This document shows, piece after piece, positions 18,319-28,409 of a stretch of DNA of 64,000 bases. The notes under the pieces are model-generated. The model did no database searches and had not been told where the DNA came from. It saw only the letters and a program-made list of their open reading frames with translations. The stretch covers positions 1,136-65,135 of the forward strand of contig DAOVKB010000001.1 in the NCBI GenBank assembly GCA_030631995.1, in the 5' to 3' direction. Within the stretch, counting starts at the first letter, position 1. Every line of letters begins with the position of its first letter. The DNA is from an archaeon (lineage in GTDB: Archaea > Asgardarchaeota > Heimdallarchaeia > Heimdallarchaeales > Heimdallarchaeaceae). The translations under genes and the position numbers were made by a program.

Positions 18319-19487
18319 TTCCCTATAGTTTTCGTAAAATTATCTAATGTTAGCTGAGTTTTTTCTCCTATTGTAAGAAATGGAAGAGCTCTCTTGAGAA
18401 CAACTCCAATTGACTTTAATTGTTGGGTTTTTGTAATTTTAACTCCTTGATTCTGCAATTTGACAATTCTAGTTGCTGAAAGTTGACCAATTCCTGGAAC
18501 CCTCATTAAATCCATATATTTACAATCATTAATATCAATTGGAAATAAATCGTGATTTCTTCTTGCTAGAGTAATTTTTGGATCTTCCTTCAGTGGAATG
18601 AATCCTTCGTCATTAACTATTGTCATGAGTTCTTTTGAAGTAAATTTATAGATTCTTCGTAACCAATCTATCTGGTAAAGTCTATGTTCTCTTTGAAAGA
18701 ATGAACGAGGAAAAGATTTTTGCTTATTATCTATTGGAAGACAAGTAGAGTAGTATTGTCTTTTGAAATCCCAGTTTGTTGTATAAAATTCAAAGATACT
18801 TTCTAGTAACTCTTTGTCAGTTTCAGATGCAGCCCCTATTACATATTGAGTAGTATATCCTGCTGGAATATGTCCTCGAGATTGAAGATCAGGGAGCCAT
18901 TTTGTTACTCTGAGTATATCATTCTGAAAATCTTTAGTTGAACATGTTTCTGCAAAACGGTTCTTATTTGGAAGTTCAACATTTATACTTACTCTGTCAG
19001 CTAGTTCTGTTATGCGTTTGAGATTATCTAAGTTTATTCCAGGTAAAACCTTAGCATGTATATAGCCATCAAATTTGTATTTCAACCTGAGAAGTTCAAG
19101 TGTTTCATGCATAATTTCCGTTTGACATTCAGCACTTTTTCCTACTCCAGAACTAATAAACAATCCTTCAATATAATTTCTTAAATAAAATCCAATAGTT
19201 AATTGTGCCAATTCCTCTGGATTGAAAGAAGTAGAAACTCTCTTCTTTCCCTTCATGTTTGAAGTTGAATTTACGCAGTAAGCACAATCATGTATACATT
19301 GATTTGTAATCAACACCTTGAGAAGACTAATGCATCGTCCATCTGGAAGGAAGGAATGACAAACTCCGCTTGCAGCTGCTCGACCTATTGAACCAGGAGT
19401 ATGAGCCCTTGGAGAAGCTGTTGACGCGCATAAGTCGTATTTAGCTGCTTCTCCCAATATGCGAAGTTTTTCTAGTATACTAGGCAC
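18315..19487 (-). CDS. Radical SAM protein with C-terminal helix-hairpin-helix (putative DNA modification/repair radical SAM family)
   Basis: CIHDCAYC (Cx3Cx2C) radical SAM motif. C-terminal HhH-like MRVPGIGQLSATRIVKLQNQG. ~390 aa. Confidence 0.7.
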   Translation of the reverse strand: MPSILEKLRILGEAAKYDLCASTASPRAHTPGSIGRAAASGVCHSFLPDGRCISLLKVLITNQCIHDCAYCVNSTSNMKGKKRVSTSFNPEELAQLTIGFYLRNYIEGLFISSGVGKSAECQTEIMHETLELLRLKYKFDGYIHAKVLPGINLDNLKRITELADRVSINVELPNKNRFAETCSTKDFQNDILRVTKWLPDLQSRGHIPAGYTTQYVIGAASETDKELLESIFEFYTTNWDFKRQYYSTCLPIDNKQKSFPRSFFQREHRLYQIDWLRRIYKFTSKELMTIVNDEGFIPLKEDPKITLARRNHDLFPIDINDCKYMDLMRVPGIGQLSATRIVKLQNQGVKITKTQQLKSIGVVLKRALPFLTIGEKTQLTLDNFTKTIGK

Positions 19488-19650
19488 TTAAACTCAATAA
19501 TAATGGTGTTCTTGATATAAAAACCAATCAAAAAACTCTCGGAAGAATTTTCAATATGGTTTCTTCCTTGAAAAACAACAAAATAGGAAATTTTAAAACT
19601 AATACTTTGTTTGGGAGATTAACCAACGAGATGTCGAAAGGAATCGTTAG

Positions 19651-20289
19651 GTGATTAAGATGACAAAAAGTATGTATAGATATATTGGAGAGTTTTGGAG
19701 GAATCGCAATTCTCCTGAGTTTAAAGCTTTGATGAGAGAGAGAATCATTCAGTGGAGAAGAGAGGGGGCTATTGAACGAGTTGAGAGACCCACACGACTT
19801 GATAGAGCTCGAGCCCTTGGATACAGAGCCAAACAAGGCTATGTAGTTGTTCGTGCTCGTGTCCGAAGAGGTGGAAGGAGAAAACAAAGACCAGTAAGAG
19901 GAAGAAAATCTAGAAATCTTGGTGTGAGAAAAATAACTCCTAAGAAGAGCATCAAGTTGATTGCAGAGGAAAGAGTTGCTCGTAAGTACAGTAACTTGGA
20001 AGTTCTGAATTCTTATTGGGTTGGTCAAGATGGAAGAAGTAAATTCTTCGAAATTATACTCATAGATCCACAGCATCCAGTAATCGCAAAAGATCCTAGA
20101 ACAAGCTGGGTTTCTATTAAAGAGTATAGAGGAGATGATGTTTTCTATTTGAAGAATCCTATACATAGAGGTAGAGTACACAGAAGTTTGACAAGTTCAG
20201 GTAGAAAAGCAAGAGGTCTCCGTAACAGAGGGTTTGGAGCAGAGAAAAATAGGCCTTCACTAAGAAGACACAAACGTAGAGGAAACTAG
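19651..20289 (+). CDS. rpl15e: Ribosomal protein L15e
   Basis: Characteristic KSMYRYIGEFWR...LGYRAKQGYVVVRARVRRGGRRK sequence. The antisense ORF 19528..20181 is spurious. Confidence 0.9.
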   Translation: MIKMTKSMYRYIGEFWRNRNSPEFKALMRERIIQWRREGAIERVERPTRLDRARALGYRAKQGYVVVRARVRRGGRRKQRPVRGRKSRNLGVRKITPKKSIKLIAEERVARKYSNLEVLNSYWVGQDGRSKFFEIILIDPQHPVIAKDPRTSWVSIKEYRGDDVFYLKNPIHRGRVHRSLTSSGRKARGLRNRGFGAEKNRPSLRRHKRRGN

Positions 20290-20325
20290 TTTTTCTTCTT
20301 TTTTCTATTCTCAAGAGGTTGTAGG

Positions 20326-20778
20326 ATGGATATAACAATTACCAAACTTGTGATTAGTTTTTCTGTACATGCTACTGAAGATTTTGAAAAAAACATGGAA
20401 TCATTAAGTAATATTATTCCAAATGAAATCTTAGAACAAATGGAAGTTAACATTGATGAGCTTGAAGGAGGGTATCAGAATCCAATTGATTTTGTTAATA
20501 TCTCTTTTACTAAAGCTAACACTATTGAAAAAATTCTTAGAAATTTTTCATCTATCATCCCCAATGAAGAAAAAACAAAGTTAGGGATTGAATTTGATGA
20601 AAGATTCGATCATAAGAATAACATGTTCTTCATCAGATTAGATAAAGAAGAGCTCTTTCATGGTAAGGTTTCAATAACATCTGCAGCCAATATTATAAAA
20701 TTAGCAATGAAGATGAGAGCTTTTACTAAAGGTGTCAATTTCAAGGAATTTCTAATTGATAAAAATATACTAAATTAG
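20326..20778 (+). CDS. UPF0201/DUF54-family small protein (predicted RNA-binding/exosome-associated)
   Basis: 150 aa with N-terminal HATEDxEK motif reminiscent of UPF0201 proteins; commonly found next to rpl15e in archaea. Confidence 0.4.
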   Translation: MDITITKLVISFSVHATEDFEKNMESLSNIIPNEILEQMEVNIDELEGGYQNPIDFVNISFTKANTIEKILRNFSSIIPNEEKTKLGIEFDERFDHKNNMFFIRLDKEELFHGKVSITSAANIIKLAMKMRAFTKGVNFKEFLIDKNILN

Positions 20779-20940
20779 AAACACAATGTTTCCACTATCT
20801 TATGACAGAAAGTTTTTAAGTTGGGAAGGGCTAAAAAGAGTAGTTACATGAGGAATAAGGATGGATCGCGAAATTCGCTAATAAAGAGACTCTTTTAAAA
20901 TACCATCATAGCGTGCCTCATCAAGTTAGTAACAAAAATT

Positions 20941-23900
20941 TTGGAGTATATTATTTTGGAAAATAAGAATCAAATATTTGAATCTGTTAAGGCATTGCCT
21001 GTTTTTACAGAAGAAGAAGAAAAGATATTAGAATTCTGGGAAAAGAAGAAGATCTTTGAGAAAGTTAGAAAACTACGACAAGAAGGACCTCTTTTCAGAT
21101 GGTTAGAAGGTCCCCCAACAGCAAATGGTCTTCCCCATATCGGTCATGCTTTGACACGAGCTATCAAAGATGTTTTCTTGCGACACAAATCAATGCATGG
21201 ATATAACATTGTTCCATGGATAGCAGGATGGGATTGTCATGGACTTCCTGTTGAACTAGAAGTCGAAAAAGAATTAGGTTTCAGTGATAAATCCCAAATA
21301 GAGGAATATGGAATAGTCAAATTCAATGAAGCTTGTAGAAAATCTGTATTCAAATATGTTAAAGAATGGCATGATATGTCCAAGAGAATTGGTTTCTGGC
21401 TTGATCTTGACAACCCTTACGTTACTATGGAAGAAGATTACGTGGAGAGCGTATGGTGGTCTTTGAAAGAGATATACAATAAAGGATTGATATATTTAGG
21501 TTACAAAGTCGTTCCCTATTGTCCAAGATGCGGAACACCATTATCACAAGCAGAAGTTGGACAGGGAATGATGGAAACTACAGATCCTTCAGTACATGTG
21601 AAATTTAAGTCATTAGATTTCGAGGACACATATTATTTAGCATGGACAACTACTCCATGGACTTTGATATCAAATGTTTGTTTGACTCTACATCCAGATG
21701 TAGATTATGTTCATGTGGAATATAATGGAGAGAAACTCATCTTAGCTGAAACTATAGCAGAAAATTTATTAGGTGATTATATAGTGCTTCAAAGATTTAA
21801 AGGAAAAGATCTTGAATACAATAAATACGAACAACTATTCCCTTATATTGTTCCTAAAGAAGAAGCTTTTTACGTAGCTCTTGCAAATTATGTGACCACA
21901 GAAGAAGGTACAGGTATAGTTCATTCAGCTCCTGCTTTTGGAGAAGATGATGCAGAAATAGGAAAGAAATATGGACTTCCTGCAATGAACCCAGTTCTAG
22001 AAGACGGTACCTTCTCCGAAGAGATTACAGATTTTTCAGGTTTGTTCGTTAAAAAAGCAGACACCAAAATTATGAAAAATCTTGAAGAGAGAGGATTACT
22101 ATTCAAGAAAGGTACTTACAAGCACATTTACCCCTTCTGCTATCGATGTGATGGTCCTTTGCTTTATTATTCAACTGAAACCTGGTTCATAGAAATGTCT
22201 AAAATGAGAGAACAGCTAGTCGCAAATAATAATCAGATACGCTGGCAACCTGTTCATCTTAAAGAAGGAAGGTTCGGTAATTTCATAAAAGAGGCTAGAG
22301 ATTGGGCTCTCTCAAGAAACAGGTTTTGGGGAACTCCATTACCAATCTGGATATGTGAAAATGGGCATAGAACAGTAGTTGGTAGTTTAGAGGAACTAAA
22401 AACTCTGTATGGAAAACCGTTGCCTGATGATTTCAGTTTACATATACCGTGGGTAGATAAAATAAAATTCAAATGTTCAGAATGCGAGGAAATAAGTAAA
22501 CGAGTTCCTTATGTTGTTGACTGCTGGTATGATGCAGGAAGCGCACCGTTTGCTCAATATCATTATCCATTTGAGAATAAAGAATTATTCAATGAACACT
22601 TCCCCTATGATTTCATAACCGAAGCTATTGATCAAACACGTGGTTGGTTCTACACTCTACTTGCTATAAGTACAGTTCTGTTTGATAAACCAGCTTACAA
22701 GAGCTGTTTGTCTATGGGGCATACACTTGATGAGAAAGGCAAGAAAATGAGTAAAAGTAAGGGAAATGTTATCTTTGCTAATGACGTTATCCCAGAATAT
22801 GGAGCAGATGCAGTACGATGGTTCCTTTTTTCATATCCTACATGGAACAGTATACGAGTAGATGCAAACCAGATATACGAAACAATGAAGAAGTTCATAC
22901 TAACTCTTTGGAATAGTTATAGTTTCTTTGTTTCTAATTCGAATGTGGATCAGTTCAATAAAGAAACTTTCTACGTCCCACTAAAAGATAGACCAGAGCT
23001 CGATAAATGGCTGATAAGTGAAGTAAACTATCTGATAGTAGCAATAAATGAAGCTCTTGAAAATATGACAGTACATATAGCAGTTGAAGCTTTTGAAAAG
23101 TTTGTAATAGATAAATTCAGCAACTGGTATTTGCGTCAATCTCGTCGTCGATTTTGGAAAGATGATCTAGATTTAGATAAGAAATCTGCTTATATAACAA
23201 CCTATGAGGTTTTGGTGACAATGTCAAAAATACTTGCACCATTTTTACCATTCATATCGGAACAATTATTCCAGAATCTCGTGAAAAGATTGAATCCAGA
23301 TGAACCTGAAAGTGTTCATTTGTGTTTGTACCCTTCATTTAACAAAAAGCAAACCGATTCAGAATTATCCAAAGATATGAATGCCGTACTATCACTCGTA
23401 ACTACTGGAAGAAGTATCAGATCAGCTGCAAATATAAAACTAAGACAACCTCTGTCAGAGCTAGTTATAATAGCTCCAATTGGTAAGGAAAAATTGATAG
23501 AGAAATACAACGATGTGCTCAAAGAAGAACTTAATATCAAGAAAGTTTCTTTGCAAGAGACTTCAGATGAACTTGTTAAATATCAAATAACTCCCAATTT
23601 CAAGGTTCTAGCACCTAAAGTAAAATCAGAGATTAACGAAATCAGAACGCAGTTAAGTCAGTTGGATGCGCAAACCGCAAGCGATTATGTTAAACTGTTA
23701 TCAGAAGGAAAAGATGTCACTTTGAACATTGATGATAAGAAATATACGTTGACACCAGAAGATGTTAATTACAAAATAGAGGTTCTTGAAGGATTTACTG
23801 GAGAAGAATCAGAAGGATATCTCCTTCTATTTAATACAACAATAACTGAAGAACTAAAACGAGAAGGTTATGTGAGAGATATTGTTCGACGTATTCAGAC

Positions 23901-24114
23901 AATGAGAAAAGAGTTGGATCTCGAATATACACAAAACATACAATTAACAATCAAAGCTGATGAATTCGGATCTGATGCACTTGAAGAGTTCAGGGATTTC
24001 ATAATGAGTGAAACACTAAGTACTGAGCTTAGAGAAGAAAAACCAACCGAAGGTCATGTTAAAGAATGGGAATTTGATGGATATAAAGTTTCAATAGGCA
24101 TTGTGCCTATATAG
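20941..24114 (+). CDS. ileS: Isoleucyl-tRNA synthetase
   Basis: Class I HIGH (PHIGHALT) and KMSKS (KMSKSKGN) motifs; IleRS-specific WTTTPWTL; editing domain; ~1057 aa. The start appears to be a TTG at 20941, since no in-frame ATG precedes the conserved N-terminus. Confidence 0.9.
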   Translation: MEYIILENKNQIFESVKALPVFTEEEEKILEFWEKKKIFEKVRKLRQEGPLFRWLEGPPTANGLPHIGHALTRAIKDVFLRHKSMHGYNIVPWIAGWDCHGLPVELEVEKELGFSDKSQIEEYGIVKFNEACRKSVFKYVKEWHDMSKRIGFWLDLDNPYVTMEEDYVESVWWSLKEIYNKGLIYLGYKVVPYCPRCGTPLSQAEVGQGMMETTDPSVHVKFKSLDFEDTYYLAWTTTPWTLISNVCLTLHPDVDYVHVEYNGEKLILAETIAENLLGDYIVLQRFKGKDLEYNKYEQLFPYIVPKEEAFYVALANYVTTEEGTGIVHSAPAFGEDDAEIGKKYGLPAMNPVLEDGTFSEEITDFSGLFVKKADTKIMKNLEERGLLFKKGTYKHIYPFCYRCDGPLLYYSTETWFIEMSKMREQLVANNNQIRWQPVHLKEGRFGNFIKEARDWALSRNRFWGTPLPIWICENGHRTVVGSLEELKTLYGKPLPDDFSLHIPWVDKIKFKCSECEEISKRVPYVVDCWYDAGSAPFAQYHYPFENKELFNEHFPYDFITEAIDQTRGWFYTLLAISTVLFDKPAYKSCLSMGHTLDEKGKKMSKSKGNVIFANDVIPEYGADAVRWFLFSYPTWNSIRVDANQIYETMKKFILTLWNSYSFFVSNSNVDQFNKETFYVPLKDRPELDKWLISEVNYLIVAINEALENMTVHIAVEAFEKFVIDKFSNWYLRQSRRRFWKDDLDLDKKSAYITTYEVLVTMSKILAPFLPFISEQLFQNLVKRLNPDEPESVHLCLYPSFNKKQTDSELSKDMNAVLSLVTTGRSIRSAANIKLRQPLSELVIIAPIGKEKLIEKYNDVLKEELNIKKVSLQETSDELVKYQITPNFKVLAPKVKSEINEIRTQLSQLDAQTASDYVKLLSEGKDVTLNIDDKKYTLTPEDVNYKIEVLEGFTGEESEGYLLLFNTTITEELKREGYVRDIVRRIQTMRKELDLEYTQNIQLTIKADEFGSDALEEFRDFIMSETLSTELREEKPTEGHVKEWEFDGYKVSIGIVPI

Positions 24115-24195
24115 CTTTTTCCTTTTGAAACGAATATTGATATTTCACATCTCTTAAACGGTAACAGATAAAAACTGAAAAATTTAATATTAAAT

Positions 24196-24252
24196 GGCGA
24201 TGATTTAACCGTCCCAGACTGACATTGTGATGTTCTCACGACGAAATGAGCC
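24196..24252 (+). ncRNA. Candidate C/D box sRNA (57 nt)
   Basis: Layout: GGC-[GAUGA]-15 nt-[CUGA]-5 nt-[UGAUGU]-12 nt-[AUGA]-GCC. The 3-bp terminal stem GGC/GCC flanks box C/D-like elements. D' is canonical; C' has one mismatch; the D box is AUGA rather than CUGA. Found by eye only. Confidence 0.2.
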
Positions 24253-24350
24253 AAAATCTTTACAAAAAATTCTACGAATCATTAACTCTTATTTTCTATT
24301 CTACACACTTTGATGTAAAATCTTAATTACTAACTGATTCAATAAATATT

Positions 24351-25916
24351 GTGAGTAATAAAGAAACTGAACATATTGAAGTCCTATATCATCAACCTGG
24401 ACATCTTAAAGGTGTTGTAAGAATAGAAGAGGTAGAAGACTACATTTTTACGGGTGGGAAAGATGGGAGAATTTGTATTTGGGACTCTAATCTCAATGAA
24501 GAAATAGGATGTATATACGCTCACAAATTCTCAATTAATGATATTCAGAAACTAAATGATGAAGAGATTTTGGTCACCGCTTCCAATGCTTTAGAACTAA
24601 AGCTTTGGTCTCTAAAGGATTTCTCGTTGATTTTTTCTAAAAGAGCACATTCTTCGGCAATCATAGGGGCAAAACCTTGGAAGAACTATGTTATTAGTGC
24701 AAGTAGGGATCATATGCTTAAGAAATGGAAATTCAAGAACGGTAAATTGTTAGAAGAGATACGAATAAAAATTCCAGGCATGGAGAGATTCTTTCTTTGT
24801 GATGATTTAATTATAATTACAGATCAATATGGATTAATTTCTATTCTTAAAGCAGAAGATTTTTCCAAATTCAAACACAATGCAATAGTCAAGAAGAAAC
24901 TGATTAGAGCAATAAAAAAAGCTAGTAAATACATTAAAGATTTTGCGAACCAAGATCCCCATACTATCCTTTTTAATATGGCTAGAAGGTATGGGATTCC
25001 TTCAACTGTTTGTACTACAAATGATGATTTCTTCATCTTGGGACATCAATTCGGTTTAGTATCTTTCTGGAGAAAGGATAATGGAAAATTATCTGAAATT
25101 TTCTTTCTTCATAGCAAACACATAACTGGGGTTGAGTTTCATGAAAATAAACTAATCACAATTTCCTTAGATTCTACAGTTGTGATTTCAGATATAGAAA
25201 CTGGGTCGCCTATTAAGGTATTAAAACTCCCATCTCGTCCTTTATCGTTAAAGCAATCAACTGATGGATTATTAATTATAGGTACGGAATCAGGGGAGAT
25301 TGTATCTCTTAATCATAAGCTTGAGATTATTAAAACACTACCGAAAATAATACCAATCTCAGGTTCTTGTGTAGCACCAGATTTTCTTGCAGTAGCCTTC
25401 AGTAATGGTGAAATTCAATTATTAGATAATACTGATCTAAAGAATGTCATTAAGAGGAAGATTCACAATAAAACTCCCCTTTCTATTAATTACTATGAGA
25501 ATCGTTTAATAACTATAGGTGAGGATAAACAGATCTATTTTCTAGATAAAAATCTAAATGTAACAAAAACAATTCAATTATCGGTGAAACCTGTTAAACC
25601 GATGCAAGCAAGGCACTATATAACAATAAATTCAAACCATGTTCTGGATCTGAACAAAGATGAAATAATAAGGGGGGAGATATCTAAAGAAACGAGGAAA
25701 GAATTAGAAGATGAGGATTTTCCTAAACATATATATCAAAATGGAGACCTTTCAATTCTAATTAATCAACAAGGTTTGAATGAAACAGAGAATAGTAAAT
25801 TGTTGGAATTTTATAGTAGGGAGGTTTTGCAATCTTTTAGAAGATTAATGGAAGCAAGCAGAAATGCAGAATATAAAAAAGTAACAGAATTTACAGTGTT
25901 ACGATCAGAGAACTAA
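24351..25916 (+). CDS. WD40-repeat beta-propeller protein
   Basis: Repeated ~40-aa units with GH...WD-like dipeptides (ICIWD, KLWSL, SFWRK). 521 aa. Confidence 0.7.
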   Translation: MSNKETEHIEVLYHQPGHLKGVVRIEEVEDYIFTGGKDGRICIWDSNLNEEIGCIYAHKFSINDIQKLNDEEILVTASNALELKLWSLKDFSLIFSKRAHSSAIIGAKPWKNYVISASRDHMLKKWKFKNGKLLEEIRIKIPGMERFFLCDDLIIITDQYGLISILKAEDFSKFKHNAIVKKKLIRAIKKASKYIKDFANQDPHTILFNMARRYGIPSTVCTTNDDFFILGHQFGLVSFWRKDNGKLSEIFFLHSKHITGVEFHENKLITISLDSTVVISDIETGSPIKVLKLPSRPLSLKQSTDGLLIIGTESGEIVSLNHKLEIIKTLPKIIPISGSCVAPDFLAVAFSNGEIQLLDNTDLKNVIKRKIHNKTPLSINYYENRLITIGEDKQIYFLDKNLNVTKTIQLSVKPVKPMQARHYITINSNHVLDLNKDEIIRGEISKETRKELEDEDFPKHIYQNGDLSILINQQGLNETENSKLLEFYSREVLQSFRRLMEASRNAEYKKVTEFTVLRSEN

Positions 25917-25961
25917 GAAAATATTAAGAGAACAAAGATGGGTTTGATTTTTAACAGTAAC

Positions 25962-26462
25962 TTATTTTTTAAGATATTTGTCAAATATTACATCAGGAGT
26001 ATCTAACCAACCTGAACGCAGAATTGGATCTGAATAATCTTCAACAAAAACAACTCTTTTTATTCCCACATTTATGATAGCCATTGTACAACTGCTGCAG
26101 GGTCTTGTTGTGGTATAAAGAGTAGTACCTTCAGGATTAAAACCAGCTGTAGCTGCCTGCAAAATTGCATTTAATTCCGCATGTACTGCAGGACACAACT
26201 CATTTTTTTCACCAGATTCTAAATAGAGTTTTGCACAATCTGCTTTTGTACAATGCTTTATACCTCTTGGAACCCCATTATATCCTGTTGAAACAATTTG
26301 CCGCTTATCATTAACTAAAACCGCACCAACTTGCCTTTTTATACAAGGTGATCTTGTTTTTACAATCTCTGCAACTTGAATGAAATAACTATCCCAAGAA
26401 GGTCTTTGTACATCATTAATATTATTAGAGTCTTCTTTATTTATCATTCTAAAAGAGAACAC
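25962..26462 (-). CDS. dCMP deaminase (cytidine/deoxycytidylate deaminase family)
   Basis: Zinc-binding HAELNAI and PCSSC motifs; 166 aa. Confidence 0.8.
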   Translation of the reverse strand: MFSFRMINKEDSNNINDVQRPSWDSYFIQVAEIVKTRSPCIKRQVGAVLVNDKRQIVSTGYNGVPRGIKHCTKADCAKLYLESGEKNELCPAVHAELNAILQAATAGFNPEGTTLYTTTRPCSSCTMAIINVGIKRVVFVEDYSDPILRSGWLDTPDVIFDKYLKK

Positions 26463-26471
26463 AGTTATTAT

Positions 26472-26822
26472 TTAATCAACATTATGGTTAGAACTACTAA
26501 GTGCTGAAGCGTATTTTTTAGCCTTATTAATTAAACCTGTTACGAATAAGGGAAGGATCAAGATTTCTGTACCATCAATTTCTGTAATCATTGCTAGGGA
26601 TATCATCATATAAGACAGAGATTTACTGCTACAACGAACTAAGCCTATTCTTTTCTCAACATCATAATCTTCAAAGAATAATCCAGCGTCAGTTGTACCA
26701 TCTAGACCAAACAATCTTTGATACATTGACCAGATATTTCTCTTCAAATCCACAATTTCGGTTTTTGTGTCATCGGGGAGGATTTTAAAAACCACATATC
26801 TATCTCTATCAATGGTAACCAT
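26472..26822 (-). CDS. RNase P protein subunit Pop5 (Rpp14-like)
   Basis: ~116 aa. N-terminal RYVVFKI segment like the Pop5 RYIAFE segment; adjacent to and translationally coupled with the Rpp30 candidate. Confidence 0.55.
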   Translation of the reverse strand: MVTIDRDRYVVFKILPDDTKTEIVDLKRNIWSMYQRLFGLDGTTDAGLFFEDYDVEKRIGLVRCSSKSLSYMMISLAMITEIDGTEILILPLFVTGLINKAKKYASALSSSNHNVD

Positions 26823-27670
26823 TATCCAGAAACCTCCTTAACTCCTTCAAAGACGTAATTTTCATGTAGCTTTACTGTATTATCTACTAAAGAGGACAAT
26901 TGATAATCAAACACTGCAAATTTAGATTTGTTGAAAGGCACTCCTAACAATTCACCAATATATCTAAGCTGTTTACCTGATCTCATTTGTAAAGGAGTCT
27001 GAGGGCACATAGTAAAGATGAATGGTACGTTGTAAGATAATAATAATTTCATAATTTTCTTACCAGTTCTGACTATACTACTAAAATCCTTATTAGTATC
27101 AGAAAAAAGTAGGGGGGATAGAATAATTTCAAAACATTTACTGTTTTGTTTTACCAGAGAGCATAGAGCATTATCTATGATAGAAGGTTTTCCTTGTAAG
27201 TCTATACTTATGTAATCTAGTCTTCTATCGTGAGCAACCCATTTCAATAAATCTCTATTATCACTATTAACTGAAATAATCTCATACTGCCCTCTGTTCT
27301 TAGAAAGAGCACGCATCAATTCATCCTTTGTTGATTCAGATAACGTTTTTCTAGTAGCTACAATTATTGAATTATTTTCTTCTGCTATCAGAAATTTGTT
27401 GAATCCCTCTTTGATTTTCTCATTGCTAATATGTTCATTCTTGAGTTGCTTATAGACAAAACTTGGAGAAAAAACATTGTACGGGCGTCCTTCTATATTC
27501 TTTATCATTGTATTTCTTTCACTAATTGTAATATTTTCGAAAAACAAAATTGACACTGACAATAGATTAGCTATTTCACAGAAGGTTTCTATTGAACTTG
27601 TTTGATCTATGGAGATAAAATTCTCACTAGAAGAAGAAGTACTAAAAGAAAAATTCTTGTCCTTCTGCAT
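26822..27670 (-). CDS. RNase P protein subunit Rpp30
   Basis: C-terminal half shares ILSPLLFSD / TMCPQTP...GELLG with the Rpp30 TIM-barrel region (compare the archaeal SLRPLLYSN segment). The rpp30-pop5 pairing is conserved in archaea. Confidence 0.55.
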   Translation of the reverse strand: MQKDKNFSFSTSSSSENFISIDQTSSIETFCEIANLLSVSILFFENITISERNTMIKNIEGRPYNVFSPSFVYKQLKNEHISNEKIKEGFNKFLIAEENNSIIVATRKTLSESTKDELMRALSKNRGQYEIISVNSDNRDLLKWVAHDRRLDYISIDLQGKPSIIDNALCSLVKQNSKCFEIILSPLLFSDTNKDFSSIVRTGKKIMKLLLSYNVPFIFTMCPQTPLQMRSGKQLRYIGELLGVPFNKSKFAVFDYQLSSLVDNTVKLHENYVFEGVKEVSG

Positions 27671-27896
27671 CTTTTCTCCTCTTTAAACAACAAAATTGTT
27701 TATTCCGCTCTTCAAAAACTTTCTCTCTTTGTAGTTTTTTGCATAAGAATCATATTTAACAAAAAACATTAAATATGTTATTTCTGACAGTGCATAAAAT
27801 CTAAAAGCCAAAAATTAATAAACTGCTCGACATAACACTCCTTCGTCACTGTTTAAACGTGGAAAAGAAGTAAAATTATCGCGGAGAAGAAAAATA

Positions 27897-28382
27897 ATGA
27901 GCTTATATGAGACAATTTGGAAAAATGAAAGGAATCGAACGCTTCTAATTACATCAGTTGTATCGATAACTTGTTTGATTTTTGCTATTTTATTTGCTAG
28001 TATAGATCAAGCAAGTGCTCCGGAATGGATTAAAGGATTTTATCCTGACTTAAATAGTGAAGATTTACCTTATAAAGCAGGATTGACAATTATTGAGTTT
28101 CTTCTAATATCTGGTTTTTATTTCTTCTTTCTTATTGCGATAGCAACTTATAGTGAAATCAGAGCTAAACTTCCTTCTTGGGGAACAATAGTAATCAGTG
28201 CAGTTATTTCCTTGTTAATAACATGGTTCGTAACCTCAATACATCCTGCAGGCCCTGCTTTACCCACAAATTTTACTTCAGGAATGCAATGGACTGTATT
28301 TGGTGTATTGGTAGCTGTGATTATTCTTTCAGCAGTGTATATCTTCTTTACTGAATCACCAGATGAAGAACAAAGTAATTAG
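27897..28382 (+). CDS. Membrane protein, unknown function
   Basis: Four predicted TM helices. Confidence 0.35.
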   Translation: MSLYETIWKNERNRTLLITSVVSITCLIFAILFASIDQASAPEWIKGFYPDLNSEDLPYKAGLTIIEFLLISGFYFFFLIAIATYSEIRAKLPSWGTIVISAVISLLITWFVTSIHPAGPALPTNFTSGMQWTVFGVLVAVIILSAVYIFFTESPDEEQSN

Positions 28383-28409
28383 GGTAAAATTTAATTTTCC
28401 TAAAAATAA

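Noticed and set aside
19528-20181. 217-aa ORF on the minus strand
   Set aside because: Lies entirely antisense to the well-conserved rpl15e (19651..20289). Its translation is low-complexity S/L/F-rich with no motifs, so it is a shadow ORF of an AT-rich gene.
24214-24222. 9-mer CCAGACUGA shared between the sRNA candidate (24214..24222) and the tfb upstream region (29037..29045)
   Set aside because: A single shared 9-mer in 64 kb (both strands) is within chance expectation. Noted but not treated as a motif.
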